Shown one piece after another: positions 35,601 to 50,000 of a DNA stretch of 64,000 bases. Below the pieces are notes generated by a model, which was given only the letters and a program-made list of their open reading frames with translations, was not told the DNA's origin and searched no databases. Positions within the stretch are counted from its first letter, which is position 1, and every line of letters begins with the position of its first letter. Position numbers and translations under genes: made by a program. The DNA comes from Marsupella aquatica (taxonomy: Eukaryota > Plantae > Marchantiophyta): NCBI GenBank assembly GCA_973895155.1, contig OZ316895.1, positions 4,591,181 to 4,655,180 on the forward strand. The letters are read 5' to 3'.

Positions 35601-37884
35601 CTGTGTTTGGCCGTAAGTTACAGCAAAAGCTTGAGGAGGCCAAAGTTTTCGTTGTTGGTGCTGGTGCCCTTGGGTGTGAGTTTCTCAAAAACTTGGCACT
35701 GATGGGCGTCGCTTGTGGTAGCAAGGGGAAGCTTACTCTGACAGATGATGATGTAATTGAAAAGAGTAACCTTAGCAGGCAATTCTTGTTTAGAGATTGG
35801 AACATTGGACAGGCAAAGTCAACAGTTGCTGCAGCGGCAGCCATTGCCATCAATCCAGCTCTTAAGGCAGAAGCTTTGCAAAATCGCGTGAGCTCGGAGA
35901 CAGAAACAGTCTTTGATGATGCTTTTTGGGAGAACCTAGATGTCGTGGTAAATGCCTTGGACAATGTCAATGCACGGCTTTACGTCGACTCCAGATGTGT
36001 TTACTTTCAAAAGCCTTTACTGGAGTCCGGCACCCTGGGAACGAAGTGTAATACACAGATGGTGATCCCGAATGCCACAGAGAACTATGGTGCATCAAGG
36101 GACCCCCCAGAACGACAAGCGCCGATGTGCACTGTGCACTCTTTCCCTCATAATATTGATCATTGTTTGACGTGGGCAAGGTCAGAGTTTGAGGGTTTAT
36201 TGGAGAAGACACCAGCTGAAGCGAATACCTTCCTGTCCAAGCCGGAGGAGTACAAGGCAGCAATGAGATCTGCTGGAGATGCCCAAGCACGAGAATTGTT
36301 AGAGCGCGTTGTTGAAGTCTTGATTGATGAGAGATGCAACACCTTTGAGGATTGTATTCTTTGGGCTAGGAAAAAGTAAGTTGACACGAGTTCCTTTTGC
36401 TAGACCGGCTGATTGTCCCCACCTGGAGTTGGTATTGTTGAGGTTTATTTGGAAATGAACCGTGCACAACGAGGTTGGCTCATACAATGGTTGAAACAGT
36501 AGGAATAATTTGCTTAATGAGGCGGGAGTGCACTCTTAATTTGTTTTTGAGTTACTTGTTTTGTGAACATGAGGTAGACTATATGCAGACCGCGAAGCCT
36601 GGCTTACTTATTTGCTGTGTTGACCAGGTTTGAAGATTATTTTGTCAACCGTGTTAAGCAACTCACATTTACATTTCCCGAGGATGCTACAACAAGCTCA
36701 GGAACGCCTTTCTGGTCTGCTCCGAAGCGTTTCCCGAGGGCTCTGGAATATACATCCAGTGATCCGGCATACCTTTCCCTTATGGCTGCCGCCTCCATAT
36801 TGCGAGCACAGACATACGGCATACCCATTCCTGAGTGGGCATTGAATGCGAAGAAGTTAGCTGAAGCAGTTGACAAGGTCAAACTTCCGAACTTTGTGCC
36901 AAAGCAAGGAGTTAAGATTGTCACAGATGAGAAGGCAACATCATTGAGCTCGGCAGCATTTGACGATGAGTCAATAATTGATCAACTTATCAGTAAACTT
37001 GAGACCGGTGTAAAGACCCTTGCTCCAGGCTTTGAGATGAATCCTATTCAGTTTGAGAAGGTACACACGATTTTCTTTCGACTTTGTCGTATTTTATGGT
37101 GCTGTTGGGTGAGAGTACCTCATCATGCTTCTGTGATCTTTGTAGTCCACTTTCTTTGGAAGAGGGGTACTCATAAGTACTTTTTGAGCTTTTGCTGTCA
37201 TGCTTCTGATGGAAAACTTGCTTGCCGTGCTTCGAATTAATTAATTGGTAGGGTTGTGCCTAACTGTGTCTAATATTTCTTGGGCTACAGGATGATGACA
37301 CCAATTATCACATGGACTTGATTTCGGGTTTTGCAAACATGCGAGCCAGAAACTACAGTATTCCAGAAGTGGATAAGCTTAAAGCGAAATTCATTGCCGG
37401 TCGCATCATCCCCGCTATTGCAACAACCACTGCTATGGCAACAGGCTTGGTCTGTCTGGAGCTCTATAAGGTTTTTGCAAATCACGATATTGAGAAGTAT
37501 CGAAACACCTTTGCCAACTTGGCGTTGCCTCTGTTCTCTATGGCAGAGCCCGTGCCTCCCAAGACGTTCAAGCATGGGGATCTTACCTGGTCGATTTGGG
37601 ATCGGTGGGTCATTGCTGGAGACTTGACCTTGAGGGAGTTGCTTGGGTGGTTCCAAGCCAAGGGACTTACGGCCTACAGCATTTCATGTGGGCAGAGCCT
37701 CCTTTACAACAACATATTTCCCAAGCATAAGGATAGGATGGATAAGAAAGTTCTGGACTTGGCAAAAGAAATTGCGAAGCTCGAGATCCCTCCAAATCGG
37801 CGCCATTTCGATCTTGTGGTGGCATGTGAGAATGATGAGGGTGATGACTTGGACGTGCCTCTGATTTCAATCTGCTTCCGATAA
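32626..37884 (+). CDS. UBA1: Ubiquitin-activating enzyme E1, 6 coding exons
   Basis: Exons 32626-33010, 34125-34342, 34563-35357, 35507-36375, 36628-37060, 37291-37884. Motifs: [40 protein letters not shown], catalytic [33 protein letters not shown]. An upstream in-frame ATG at 32485 is possible. Confidence 0.97.
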
Positions 37885-40385
37885 GTTAGTTCGTTATGAA
37901 CCTTGTTCATTCCATTGCTTCCAAGGTGTGAATTCCACCTGAAATAAGGGATGGCCAGGAGGGGATAACTTCCCACTATATGAAAGTGTGCAAGCTGATG
38001 TAATCTCTTTGGTATCTCCTGGTGCCAATACAACTTAAATTACAGAAAGACTCGGATCATTCGAGTCTCGAGAACGTTATAGTCAATGATTTCAGTTTGT
38101 CACCGATTTCAATCTGAAGCATATGGCCGTGAAATATCGTACAATAGCCAGTTTGTCCTTCGTCCGGAGTTGCCACTGCTAATTTGCCGCCGAGGGGCTG
38201 AATGACTTGCCCTTCATTGTTGCATGGATTTGGCACCTCGGCTCTTGGCAACATTCTTCTGAATGCAGCTTCTGTCTTGTTCCTACGCGTTCTGTCAACT
38301 ACGGTTGCCTCTGCCGACTGTCTTGTAAGCACTGGCATACCCATTTAAAGTTTCACCACCGAGTTGTATCTTGACATGACGGACTCGCGTACAGCATTGC
38401 CGGGAAATTTTTGGAAGGGATTTCTCGTGTGAAGAAAAGACTCCCACCCCCAAAACTTTATGTTGTAGATTTTGGCCAGTCTCGAGGATTCTTGAACTGA
38501 ATTTTCGGTGGCATTCTCATTTGGGGTGTGCTATTCCACGTCTCTCTTATTTTGTTGCCAGCCTAAAGAGTTACCTCGAGCCAGTTCCAAGGGCACAGCT
38601 GGTTGGATGGTTTATCTGTTATGATCTACGAAGGATTAGGCAGGAACTTGGCTGATGAGTTCCAAGCTGGGAAGATAGTGGGGTCTCACATTCCAAAATA
38701 GTACGCAGGCAACCTTGAGAAAGTGTTTCGTGAATGGCATCAATATGGTGGACTATCTCGGAGAATATGTAACAAAGTTTCCAGGTAGATTATACATCTC
38801 TTAGACAACAGCTTGCTTCCCTTGCAACATTGACTCTGCATGTCTACTTATATTGCTGGGATGTGGAATACCACTCGTGTTGGATTAACAATTGCAGTCC
38901 ATTTAAGTAAAGGTACGGAAAGGCCCCATTCTACGAACAGCCCTCCATCCAGAAGATATGTGCATCGATCCGAAGTATTCTTTAGAGGAGCGTCCTAAAC
39001 ACTCGTTCTGCCCATAAACAACCTTCGGACCATTTCATGACGAAGGCTTGCAAGACTAGCAGCCATCTCAGATGAAACATCTATGCGTCCGGTCCTATTT
39101 TTATATTTATTATTATTTTTATATTGTTCGTTTCAATCCAGATCATTTATTTACATCTGTTGATATATTTACAAGTATTGTGCGTACAATTATAGCCGAA
39201 TCAAAATTGTTAGCATTGGTACAGTCTTGTGTATCCTTTGCCTCACCTACATAACTCACAGTCCAAGAGGGGACGTGACAGTCATATAAACAGATAGACA
39301 TTAATAAAAAAAAACTGATAGTCACAAAGTCGAGGAGAGTGGCGAGTGTTATCCTCTTGAGAAGTGGTCATTGGAGCCAGTATTGGCATTGCGAAAATGT
39401 TGGCATTGGAAGAGTTGGGTGACAGGCGAGAAGGCGGAAATGTTATCATTGCAAGAGTTTTCTTTAGGTGGCAGGCGAGAAGTAAAAGGCCTGACACAGT
39501 GGGAGAATGAGGTTTCGAGCATTTTGTTTGGAAGCTCGATCATCCTGCTGGGTTGACTATAGAATTGGGTTGTAATGTCGTTGTTTGGTACACATCCTAT
39601 ATTTTTATAAACAGACTTAAGACTAGCATCTTAGCCCATAATGTCCTTCTTCAGTTTCTCTGTTGTAGCGATATCTAGATCGAGTGCTCCAGCAGCGGCT
39701 CGAGTCGGTAGACTGAGTCAAGAATGCACGCTGACTCGTCCGCGCTCATTCAAAAATTTCTATAATGGAGTTCATGCTTGATTTCAGATGAACAGTCCTA
39801 ATCAGTATTCAGTAATGAGAACAATTACTCTGAGGTTTCTGATAACCACCCCACTTTCAATGCCCTTGAATCACTTCAAATGCTGTAAGTTATTAATCAG
39901 GTTATCATTGATAAATCATACGGATATGGTGATTTTCCTACTCGAACACCAGGGTTTTAGATGTTGAGGGCTGAGACGAAAAATGCTTCTTCGCCACCCA
40001 TATTCAGCTCATTGTGCAGCAATCCTCCCGGAAAAACTACAATCAGGCCTTCTGGATACAGGACGTAAATTTGTGGATCCGCTGCAACAAACACCCAACA
40101 AGTACATCCAAGATTAGAGCATGGAATGGCTCAAACCCAATCGTTAATGTGGGATTAAAGCCTTAATTTTCGACCATTCTCTTTTTCTTTACCTGATGGA
40201 TCCGAAGCACACCATCTATCCTGCTGTCACAATTATATACATAGCTAGCCAACAGCTGGATCACTCTCAGAGTTCATGGAGCCACCTGAATCACTCTCAA
40301 CTGCACGTTGGCTGAAGTTAGGAGTGCAGAGTGCGAGAGGAAAACGGTGATTTGAGGGCAAGTTGAGTCTCTGAAAATGGAACAA

Positions 40386-40490
40386 GGGGCTTGAATGTAC
40401 TCACCTCTGCTTACTTTCAACGGGCTTGAATGAATGGGGGCTTGAATGTACTCACCTCTGCCTACTTTCAAAGGGCTTGAATGAATGTTC
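40386..40490. repeat. 51-bp direct repeat x2
   Basis: ggggcttgaatgtactcacctctgc.tactttcaa.gggcttgaatgaatg at 40386 and 40437. Confidence 0.85.
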
Positions 40491-40671
40491 TCACCCCTAT
40501 TTAGGTTCCAACAAGAAGCACTGAGGTGTACATATAAGTCTTGAGTCCGAACCCCATGTGCTCATCTGCTGGTGGGTCTGGGCTTGGATGCTGTATGCAA
40601 AAGAGATCTAGGAATGAAGCCGTGGGGGACCTTTCTGTCAAGAAAATGTTGGCACTGTTTGGCCGTCTTGC

Positions 40672-40782
40672 CCTTCTGGGTCAAGCTTTATTAAGGAGTC
40701 TCAAACCTCTTCCTTTTGCCTCCGGTCCCTTCTGGGTCAAAGCTTTAATAGGGAGTCTCAAACCTCTTTGTTTTTCCTCCGG
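40672..40782. repeat. 57-bp direct repeat x2
   Basis: ccttctgggtcaa(a)gcttta...ggagtctcaaacctct...cctccggt at 40672 and 40729. Confidence 0.8.
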
Positions 40783-41795
40783 TTGCAGTCAAGGGTGTTT
40801 TCCCCGGAAAAAAGTGGCAGACCAAAACTGGTACTGTCGAGCCTGGTTTTTCTTGCGGACCCAAAGGTTTGAGACGCCCTATTAGACTGAGCATCTAAGC
40901 AGAAATCTGAAATCAACCTGTCCACTCGCACATAAGGAGTCACATCATATTCTAATGCTCACCTCGCCCAGACTCCCATCTGCCTGTCCCTACTCAAATG
41001 CACAATCTAAATATTGGCAATTTGTTTTCCCACATATATTAAGCGCTATGGCTTGTCAAGAAAAGGACTTTAGATCAAAATGTTTGTTCTTCTTAGATAT
41101 ATTAGAGCGTATGGCTTCACTCTATCAAGTAGGTCAATCATAACTAGGAGACTTTGCTAGCCAATTATAATATACACTAAGCCCCATGCTCGTGCACAGA
41201 AGATGTAGAGATGGGGCAAGGAAATGCATCCAAAGTAAAGAAATGCAGGTAAGAAAAGGAAATGTATGTGAAGCAAAGAAATTGCAATTAGAATCTCAAT
41301 TTGAAAATATTCTAGTTTTAGACAAAGCTTGAACCATATTTTTTCCAAACCGATCCAGGCATGGTCACGCTAAGCTACATAAGGAGATTTTTTTTTCTTC
41401 CATTTTTCCCCTTTTTTTCACTTCCCCCTTTTCCCCTCCCTTTTGCTCTCACTACATCGCACCCTCACTCCCTCCCTCCTTGCCCCCGTCCTTTTGTTCC
41501 CTCCAACATGATTTAAATATAGAAAAAATGGAGGAGAAGGTAGAACCAACCCGAAGGAAGAAGAGAATGTTACATCAAAAAGCAAACTATAGTTAAAAGC
41601 CAAAAAAGCTGTTATACCAATGTATTTCTTATGTTGGGCTTCCATGCCAGAAAGTATTTTATGTAAAGTACTCTATACTGTCATTAGATATTGTCAGTAC
41701 GTTGTACCTACTTGTTGTAAAAACAAGTATATCCGTTAGGCATAATTGAGTCAATCCGAGGGTGTAGAAAACCCTGGAATACATCTGTTGGTAGT

Positions 41796-42086
41796 GTGGT
41801 GCTTCTCATTTTTGAAGTCTGTGAACAGAATGCACAGAAATATTTGGGCGGGTAAAGGATTATAGTGTTTGATGATATGTACTATATATCCACTTTGGTG
41901 CTCCCTCATGTTTAAAGTTTGTAAGCAGAATGCACAGAAACATTTGGGCAGGTTAAGGTATTATAGCACTGTTTGATGATATGTAGTATATATCCACTGT
42001 GGTGCTCCCTCATTTTTAAAGTTTCTAAACAGAATGCACAGAAACATTTGGGCTGGTTACGGTGTTATAGTGTCTGATGATATGTA
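41796..42086. repeat. Tandem repeat of about 100 bp x3
   Basis: cagaatgcacagaaa.atttgggc at 41826, 41926 and 42030, with shared tgatgatatgta. Confidence 0.88.
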
Positions 42087-45000
42087 AGCTGCCAAAGAAC
42101 TAAAAATGTCAAATTGAGAGATAGGATCCCAAAGGAAAGACACCCAATAAAATGGGGAAATATCAAGGGACAAACCAGAGTCACACCTGCAAAAAGACCC
42201 TACTGAGTAGCAAAAACCTGGCAAAGCTCCCCCACGAGTAAACTACAGAGGAGCATCACCAAGACAATTTGTGTAGGGACTCTAAAACTAGAAACTCAAG
42301 CCAGGATGGACCACCATGTTGGGCACTGTGCTCCCATAGACCACATTTTGGTGGTCCATCGAGCTTGGGGTCTATAACTTGATGGTTATGAGTCTTAAAA
42401 AATAATTTTTACTTTTGCACCTGCAAGGCAACTAGAGTAGGAGGAAACCTTTAAAATAAGAAGCCTAGATATTTCACATTAACACAATGAAAATCAATCC
42501 CCTAATGGAATTTACCCCCGGGCAATTTTTTATGAAATACTCAACCAAAATGTCCAGAAATTCACTATTACTGTGATGGAAGTGTAAGTTACTTACTCCT
42601 CTAGCATATAACCAAAACCTAAATATATTTGAATTTATAATATGAAGTTATTACAATTACACTCAAACTTTTGGGAAATGTGGTACATGGGGTTTTTAAA
42701 GTCCAACCTTGTGGCCCAATGGGGCTTCGAATTCCTAAACCTATGTACCTGGTTAAATTCAAACTCCCGTGAAATGTGAGATGACAGAAGTCTCAAATCA
42801 AGCATTAAGGTTTCTGGTGGTCTTTCACTGATAGATGGCAGGAGTCTCAAACCACATAATTTATGGTGGTCTTTCGCAGGGATGTCGAGTATCGCTACGT
42901 ACTGGTTATCAAAAGTTCTCGAACGACAGGGTCGTGGACACCTAGTAGCATCGGTATTGCACGTTGGGTTTGAGTTGTGGATGAATCGCTTTGAAGTATC
43001 AAAACAGAGTGCTTCTCTCAAGTAGTTGAAACCTGGTTATCAGGCTGCAAACTCAAACTGTCAGTGGCAAATTCGTGTATGGGAATGGAAGCCAGTTCCT
43101 AAGTATGGTATTGATTCACGCACCATTTAAGTCTAGTAGCCAGTTGATCAGTCTTGAGGCACGCATTCTCTCATGACCTGGCCTGACATGTCAATTGCGG
43201 AGGTAGATTTCATCAAACAATATAGTTGCAGCTGAAATGCATAAGCCATCCTTTGCAGTGGAAGGCCATGTCATCTAAAGAAGCGAATGTACTAGCTTCA
43301 ACGTTTTAAGTAGTGAATGTACTAGATTCAACTTTTGATAGTAAGTCGTAAGGGATCCAATGGCAGATCATGGAGTCAAGAACCTTGGACTTCCATGTAA
43401 GGTCAATCCTTGAAAAGTTAGGAATACGGAGTAAATATCATTTGCAGGGATTTGGTAGGGGCTTTGCTTTTAGTGGTGTACATTATTTGAGATCAGGCAA
43501 GTTCTTCTCTGACTTCTGGTGTACTACCGACGATGGCTTGAGTTTTGATTTCGGTGAAACTTGTGTAGAAAATTCACACTAGTCAATACTCAAGTGAAGT
43601 CGGGAAGCGAAATCTGTCCCAAAATACTGATTTTGGACAGTGTTGCGAGAGATAGGCACGTTTCATCTTCAGTCTACCATTTGTGACTTCCGTGACAGAA
43701 ATTATATGAACCCTTCAATGAGAAATTAAATCATGACGCATACACTCAGAGCATTTCATTGTTTGCAAAGAATAGATTCACTCTGAGGTACAGGAGGTGT
43801 TCCGTTGAGTGAATGGAAAGTAACCTCAAATGTGCACCAGAATTGGAAAATCCAGGCTAAGCATGGAGTTTCTTTAGGATTGCACACAAGAAGAAGCAAC
43901 TTGGTTTCAATAGTAAGCTAAATCTATACATCCTAGCACTGAACGCGTTGAACTCATTCCCATTTGCACTGGTTGGAGGCCCTGAACTCGAGTCTTGGGT
44001 TTAGGGGCCGGGGGGACTTTTAGCGAAACCCTCACCATTCTCCCACCCTACCATTCCAAACCTGCTCAAATAATTGATTTCCTCGACACTTTCTCAAATT
44101 TCCCCGTCCAATTAAAAAAAAAAAATCCTGGCAGTCAGATAAATTGCAGGGCCACGTTTGGTTCTTGGCCTTTTTAGATTTGTGTGTTGACCCCCCCTGT
44201 AAGTGTTACCCGCTCTCGACCATCTTAGTGTTGGTTAGCATACTACAGTTTTGTGAGATATCACGTTCATTTTTGGGTTTTCTTGGACATCTTGGACCTT
44301 TGAAAAGTTGGAAATTACTCTCGTAAGATTTCTAAAACCGTACATGCAAGAAGACTCGGGCATCCACCTGATTGGGGGAGGACTTCAAAGTTATGAGACA
44401 AGATTTTATGCCAACATTCTTATGATAACCGTCAACAAAAAAGAAACATGAGATCCAGAGGCCAGATTTGATTTTGATGTTGTGCTATGGAGATGGACTG
44501 TCTTCTTGCCACGAGCAATGTCAGACAAACAATTTGAGTAACAGACAGCACAGATTGATTTTCTCCACTCATTCTAGCGCGAGTCTATCCAACACCGTCT
44601 ACTCACTCAGGTCTGTAAGCCACTCGAGCAGCGATTCTGGGACAGTACAGTAATGGACTACCGTATTGTAACTATCAAATCCAGCAACAATTGAGGCCAT
44701 TCCCGAACTATTTATGGACTGTCTATCGGAATAACGGTCTACAGAACTTTTCGGAAACAACAGACTCGTGGACATTTTCGAACTTACAGCAGATTATGGA
44801 ATGCGGCATATGTAATTCTCACATATTACCCACATACCTGTGATTGACACTCAACTGGTCCGAAACTCCGAATTCAAGGGTGAGGTTGATTGAATTTCAT
44901 AAGTTAAGTAACGGTACTGTAGTGACCTGCTCGGCTGTCTTTCATCGCATGTCAATTTCTGAACTGACTAATGACTCTCGACGCCCAAGAATTAATGATT

Positions 45001-46155
45001 GATTCTGAGATGGGCTGAGATGACTTTGTAATCGAGCCTCCACCACGGATGCACCTGAAATGATGATCTACTTCAATTGCTTAAACCTTCTCCGCTTCGC
45101 GTCTGACTGTCTCGGGACTCGGGCGCTGTTTTGAGTTCTCGTGTCAATAAATTAAGATCTAGAACCGAGAGCACATTCAATTGAAGGAGTTTGGACTTAT
45201 TAGGCCACATAATGGAGGTGACTACCGAAATTCTAGGTGCTATCATTCTTTCTCCTATGATTATTCTGTGGGTTTCATTAGTTTCACACGTCCGTCTACA
45301 TGAATGAATATGAATGCGTTGAAGAATCAACAACAATCGGAATCAGATCATTGTAAGTCAATCAGGTTTTTTGTTAAGGGCTGGGGCAAGTAGCCACTGT
45401 GGCGACTGCCCATTGGCTTGCCTAAGAAGATGTGGCAACCTCATGGGCCCCTAGGGGCGGCTATTTCTCGTCCACCCAGGTTATGTTTCTGGCGAGCAGT
45501 GGGATCTGTCCCTAAGGATCAGGTATTCAGGTGGCAACAAGTCTAGGGTGTTTATCAGAAGACTTAGCAAATTTGAACCGGAGCCTCTAAGCGGAACTAC
45601 TGTAGTGAGGGTAAAAGAAGGCTATGTATAGGGCAATGAGGGTTGGTTTGGTCTGGGGTTACTAACCTGAACCCTGTGACCAGAAAGTGAGTGAGTAACT
45701 GTTGCCCGCAATAGTCAGGAATCTTCTTTGAGCTTTGTGGGAAGTTTCAAACTAGAACCCAGCCCAAACAGTCTTTAATACCTAATATCTGTCCTGAAGA
45801 AAGTGAATAAATATTACAAGCAATAGCTGACAATCTTTTCTGAGCTTTGTGGGAACAGGTTTTTATTAAGACTAGAACCCCCAGCCCACAAAGTCTGTTA
45901 TTATACTTAATATCTGTCCGGAAAAAGATTCCCAGGTTAGACTTGTCTGGCACAGAGTTATGGGAATGATAGCACCTAGTAAAAAAAGTTACACACCAGT
46001 AAGTTTTCGTCGGAATTATGGAAGAAACAACTCAGCCAAAACCACACTTAGCAATGTGAAAGTGAAGTAATTGTCTACAGGGGAATGAACCCCTCCATGA
46101 TTCCAAATACACCTAGTGCCAAGCAGCTGGCTACCTGGTAGATAGGAGTGAACAT

Positions 46156-46197
46156 GGGTATGTGGGGGGGGGGGGGGGGCAAGGGGGGTGGGTGGGG
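46156..46197 (+). repeat. G16 homopolymer within G-run cluster
   Basis: G16 at 46164-46179, followed by G6, G3 and G4 runs. Confidence 0.8.
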
Positions 46198-46874
46198 TGA
46201 TCAAATACATTGTTGTGGCAGGACACTGTCTAGTGACCAAGTACATTGGCAGGACACCGCCAGCCCAACAGTGGCTTGGGAGGGGCTGGCAAGCCTATGC
46301 CATCAACCCTCAGGAGTCACCTCAGCATGTGGGGAATGTTTCATTTTTTCCCCTTTGTTGAGGTAGGACTACCTAATCCCAGGACAGGATTTGGCAAAAT
46401 TAATTGTTGCCACTAAAACAAACACTGACCTCAATGTGTTCACTGATCATATTTCCTAAGAACATGCCAGCTTACAACAAAATTTAGTGAAAATTATGTC
46501 CTCAATCAGAAGGAATTGATGCTTAGCTAGATCACAATGTGTAGCAGTACAACTGTGAAGGGCCTAGTAACTTTTGAGACCTAAAAGTACCACCATTTAT
46601 ACAGAGAAAATACACTATCTAAGTTCAAAGCAATATCTGAAAGTTATCCATTCAAGTTGTTTGTCATATGTCGTGGTTCGTCCAAGTTCATTATATTCAA
46701 ATTTTCTTGCAATGAAGGTTGCCCTCTTTTTACAAGTTTGGACTGGATTTCAATTCAAGTGTTAAATTTATAATGTGAGATGTCAAAGGGATTTGAAATT
46801 GAGTCTCAGATGGACACAAACATTTGACACTGCTACTTGGATGGACACAAGAATATTACAGTGTCATGATACTC

Positions 46875-47060
46875 CTGGAAACCTACAGTGTCATGCTATG
46901 GAAGTGAAGAGATTATACACAAAATAATCAAGGGACATCCAACTCCTTCAGTTATGATTGTGAGAACGGAGGCAGTTGCATGGACAGCTGGAGGAATCTA
47001 TCACAGACCTTATGATATAGATCAGATGCATGTTTACATGATTGTCATCATTGGAACATA
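46875..47060 (+). repeat. Dispersed repeat, homologous (inverted) to 16160-16350
   Basis: Shares the blocks listed for 16160-16350 in the opposite orientation. Confidence 0.65.
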
Positions 47061-50000
47061 TTGAGTGTAAAACGTGTTATTGAAGTAGATTTATATGTTA
47101 GGTTTGTCCATCCGGGCATCCTCTCTGCTCTTAGAAAAAAATACACATAAAAACAACATCAAGCTTCCAGAGATACTTTTAATGAAAAAATAATTTGGTG
47201 AGGGAAAATTGTTGATGAATATGAAAGTCAGAAGTAAAAGCTCAGAACTGTACTGTAGGTTCATGTTGATGTGATAGTTTTTGCTGAACCCTACTTTCTG
47301 AGGACTTTGCTGACACTAAAAAAGAGTGGAGGTCATTGCTTTGATGGACCCCTAAACCAAACTTTTCTCCCAAACCAACCCTACGAGGTTATGATCACGT
47401 TGATTTAAGATCTATCAAGGTCTAAGTATCAAGAAGGTCTATCAACGGTCTGGATCATTCAGGTCCATCAAGTATATATCTCAAACCGAGTGAAGCAATA
47501 AACATGACACTCAGACAGTTCCACACAAGATCTGGACACTATAAATGTCTAAGAAAATAAAAGATCACTCCAACAACCTTTTGCAGCACAATCCAGATCT
47601 TAAGAAGGTCAATTTTGCCTACTTACGACTATTCATGTATTGGTTCAGAAGTGGTCATATTTACCCAAGTGAGTGATTGAGGTGGCTTTACAAGACTCTC
47701 ACTATAAATGTTTTCATCAAAGCAAACTCAAGGACCACTTCTGGTTACCTAAAAGATAGTTACATACCCAAAATCTTATACAGTTGGTTGGGGCACCTTC
47801 ACAAAAGTCACGAAAGTGAACTCCTTCCCAAAAGCATTGGCCCATCCATTTTTTTGTAAATCTTTTTCTGGAACATTTACACTAAATAATGTTAGCACTG
47901 TTGATATTGTACTAACCATCACTTGGTCTCCTGAGCTCATTTTGTAGCTCAACCTCTGGTAGGAGTGAGGTTGTTGGCGTCAGGGCACCTTGCCAAGTTT
48001 CTCTATGTGACAATTCTATACAATTGACCCCAAAGCTCTGCCAGGCTTTTCAGTTTGCTGATCAATAGGGTTGTAGGTTTTTACTTTGTGTGTTTGTTGT
48101 TGTGGTGGACTTTTGCTGAGGGCCTTTTGGCTTTTTGTTGTTGTTGTCTTCCTGAGGTTTTGCCCCGTTTCCTCTCCCTTTATTGGGTCTCATGTGAGAT
48201 TGTGTCTCCTTTTGTTGTTTGGCAGTGTGATATGTACACTGGTTGTAAACACAATTAGAGTAAGGAGGAGAACAGGAGTACTAGAGGCTTCCCCTGCCCC
48301 TTTGACATGTCAATGGACTCACCGACCAACCAAATAACCATTGGGATTGGGATGATCCATACTCACTACTATGTCCCAAACCTGACCCAACTATCCATCA
48401 ATCTTACGATTACTTTGGCTAAAAAATCATTAATCACTGAAGTTTCAATGCCCGGGACAAAATTTCGAAACTAAAGGATTGAACCACGGCTTTGTTCCTG
48501 CCCATCCCCATGGACAGCATAAAGTCAGGACACAGTCCCGGACGCAGTTTACACCAAAACCAGAAGGGGGCCCAGTGTGTTTTGGGAAGGACGCTGACTG
48601 TTGTGAAGAACTCCCCATTCAAGTAGTTTTTTTTAATAACTTTTGGATCTATGTTTAAGCTCTCTAGGTGTTTAGAGTGCCCCTGCCTGGGAACTTTTTT
48701 CTCCCTTCACTACACTCTTCTCATTGGTGGTTTATAAAGCCTCCAATTTAAAAACGAAAAGATGGCTTTAGTTGCAAGATGACACAGAGCTACACTGTCA
48801 TCGAGAGTACGGGGAGGCACACAAGCGATCTGTGGAAACACCAAAGCAGAATATCTAGATTTTTCTGTGTCTCTGTTTGTGTGCTTCATTCACGCCTTTC
48901 AGTTAAGTGGGATTTCTTTTGATTGAGTTCTGTAAAAGAGGAAGGGAAGATAAAGGGGCCAATTTCCTAAAAAGGACCAAACAATGACAACGGAGTAAAA
49001 GCAAACGAGGTCCAAAGTGAGAAAACAGGAAACTCAAATAAGGCCTTTCGAGTAAAGTGGGTTGGTTATCTTCTCTTTAAAAAACTATAAAACAAACTCA
49101 AGTAAATATAATGAAAAACCGTGGTTAAACACTAATAGATTAGAACATGGAAAATGTAATAGCTTAATTAAAGACAACGAGTCTGAAGCCCAGGTGGAGT
49201 AAATGCTTCATGGATAAGTGGACTGACAAGTGCAAAACCAGAAATGATTAAAAACCTTTGGCACCCAATCCGAAATATGGGAAAATTGCGAGAAAAAGGA
49301 ATTCCAAACACTAGAGACTGTAAAAACTTAATGAGGGGAAATGACCCAGAAACGTGTTTTCAATTGGAATAGGTCACTAACCCGTGTTTTGCTTAGGTAC
49401 CATGTTTTGCTCAGGTATAAGCGGAAAACAGGAAAAAGTAAACGAAGAACACTTTTTGGTCAAGAAGAATTAAATGACCACCTGACAGGAAATAAAAATA
49501 ACATATAAAAAGAACTTTTCACTACTGAGAAGTGAGAATCATGAACCAATGTACCACTGTAGAATGATTACACTGTCAGAACTGTCAGTAACTGTCATCC
49601 ATATAGTAATGTATATGCACAGTACTATACTTGAACGTATAATACCAATCATACATAGGGATGACCCGAGAGTCCTGCTGAGACTTTAGACCAACAACAG
49701 GCTCGCTTAATTGACTGAATAATTAATAACTAACAAATTAGGTGTAAAGGTTGTACCTATACAACAGCCTTACAGCGCCTTACAGTGTGCAGTAGTTTCT
49801 GGAATACTCTGTGTTGTTGGAGTACCTAGTACGGTTTCCAACTTGCCTTCATTGGACTGGTGCCCAGAGGAAGGACAGGGGTTTCACAAGAGGTAGGCAT
49901 TGCTTCGTTTTATTTTCTGTGATATATTTTAAAAACTAGCTGGGTGTGGTTGGTTTTACAAGAACTGGAGCCCCATTACGAAGGCCCCACTAAGAAAGAT

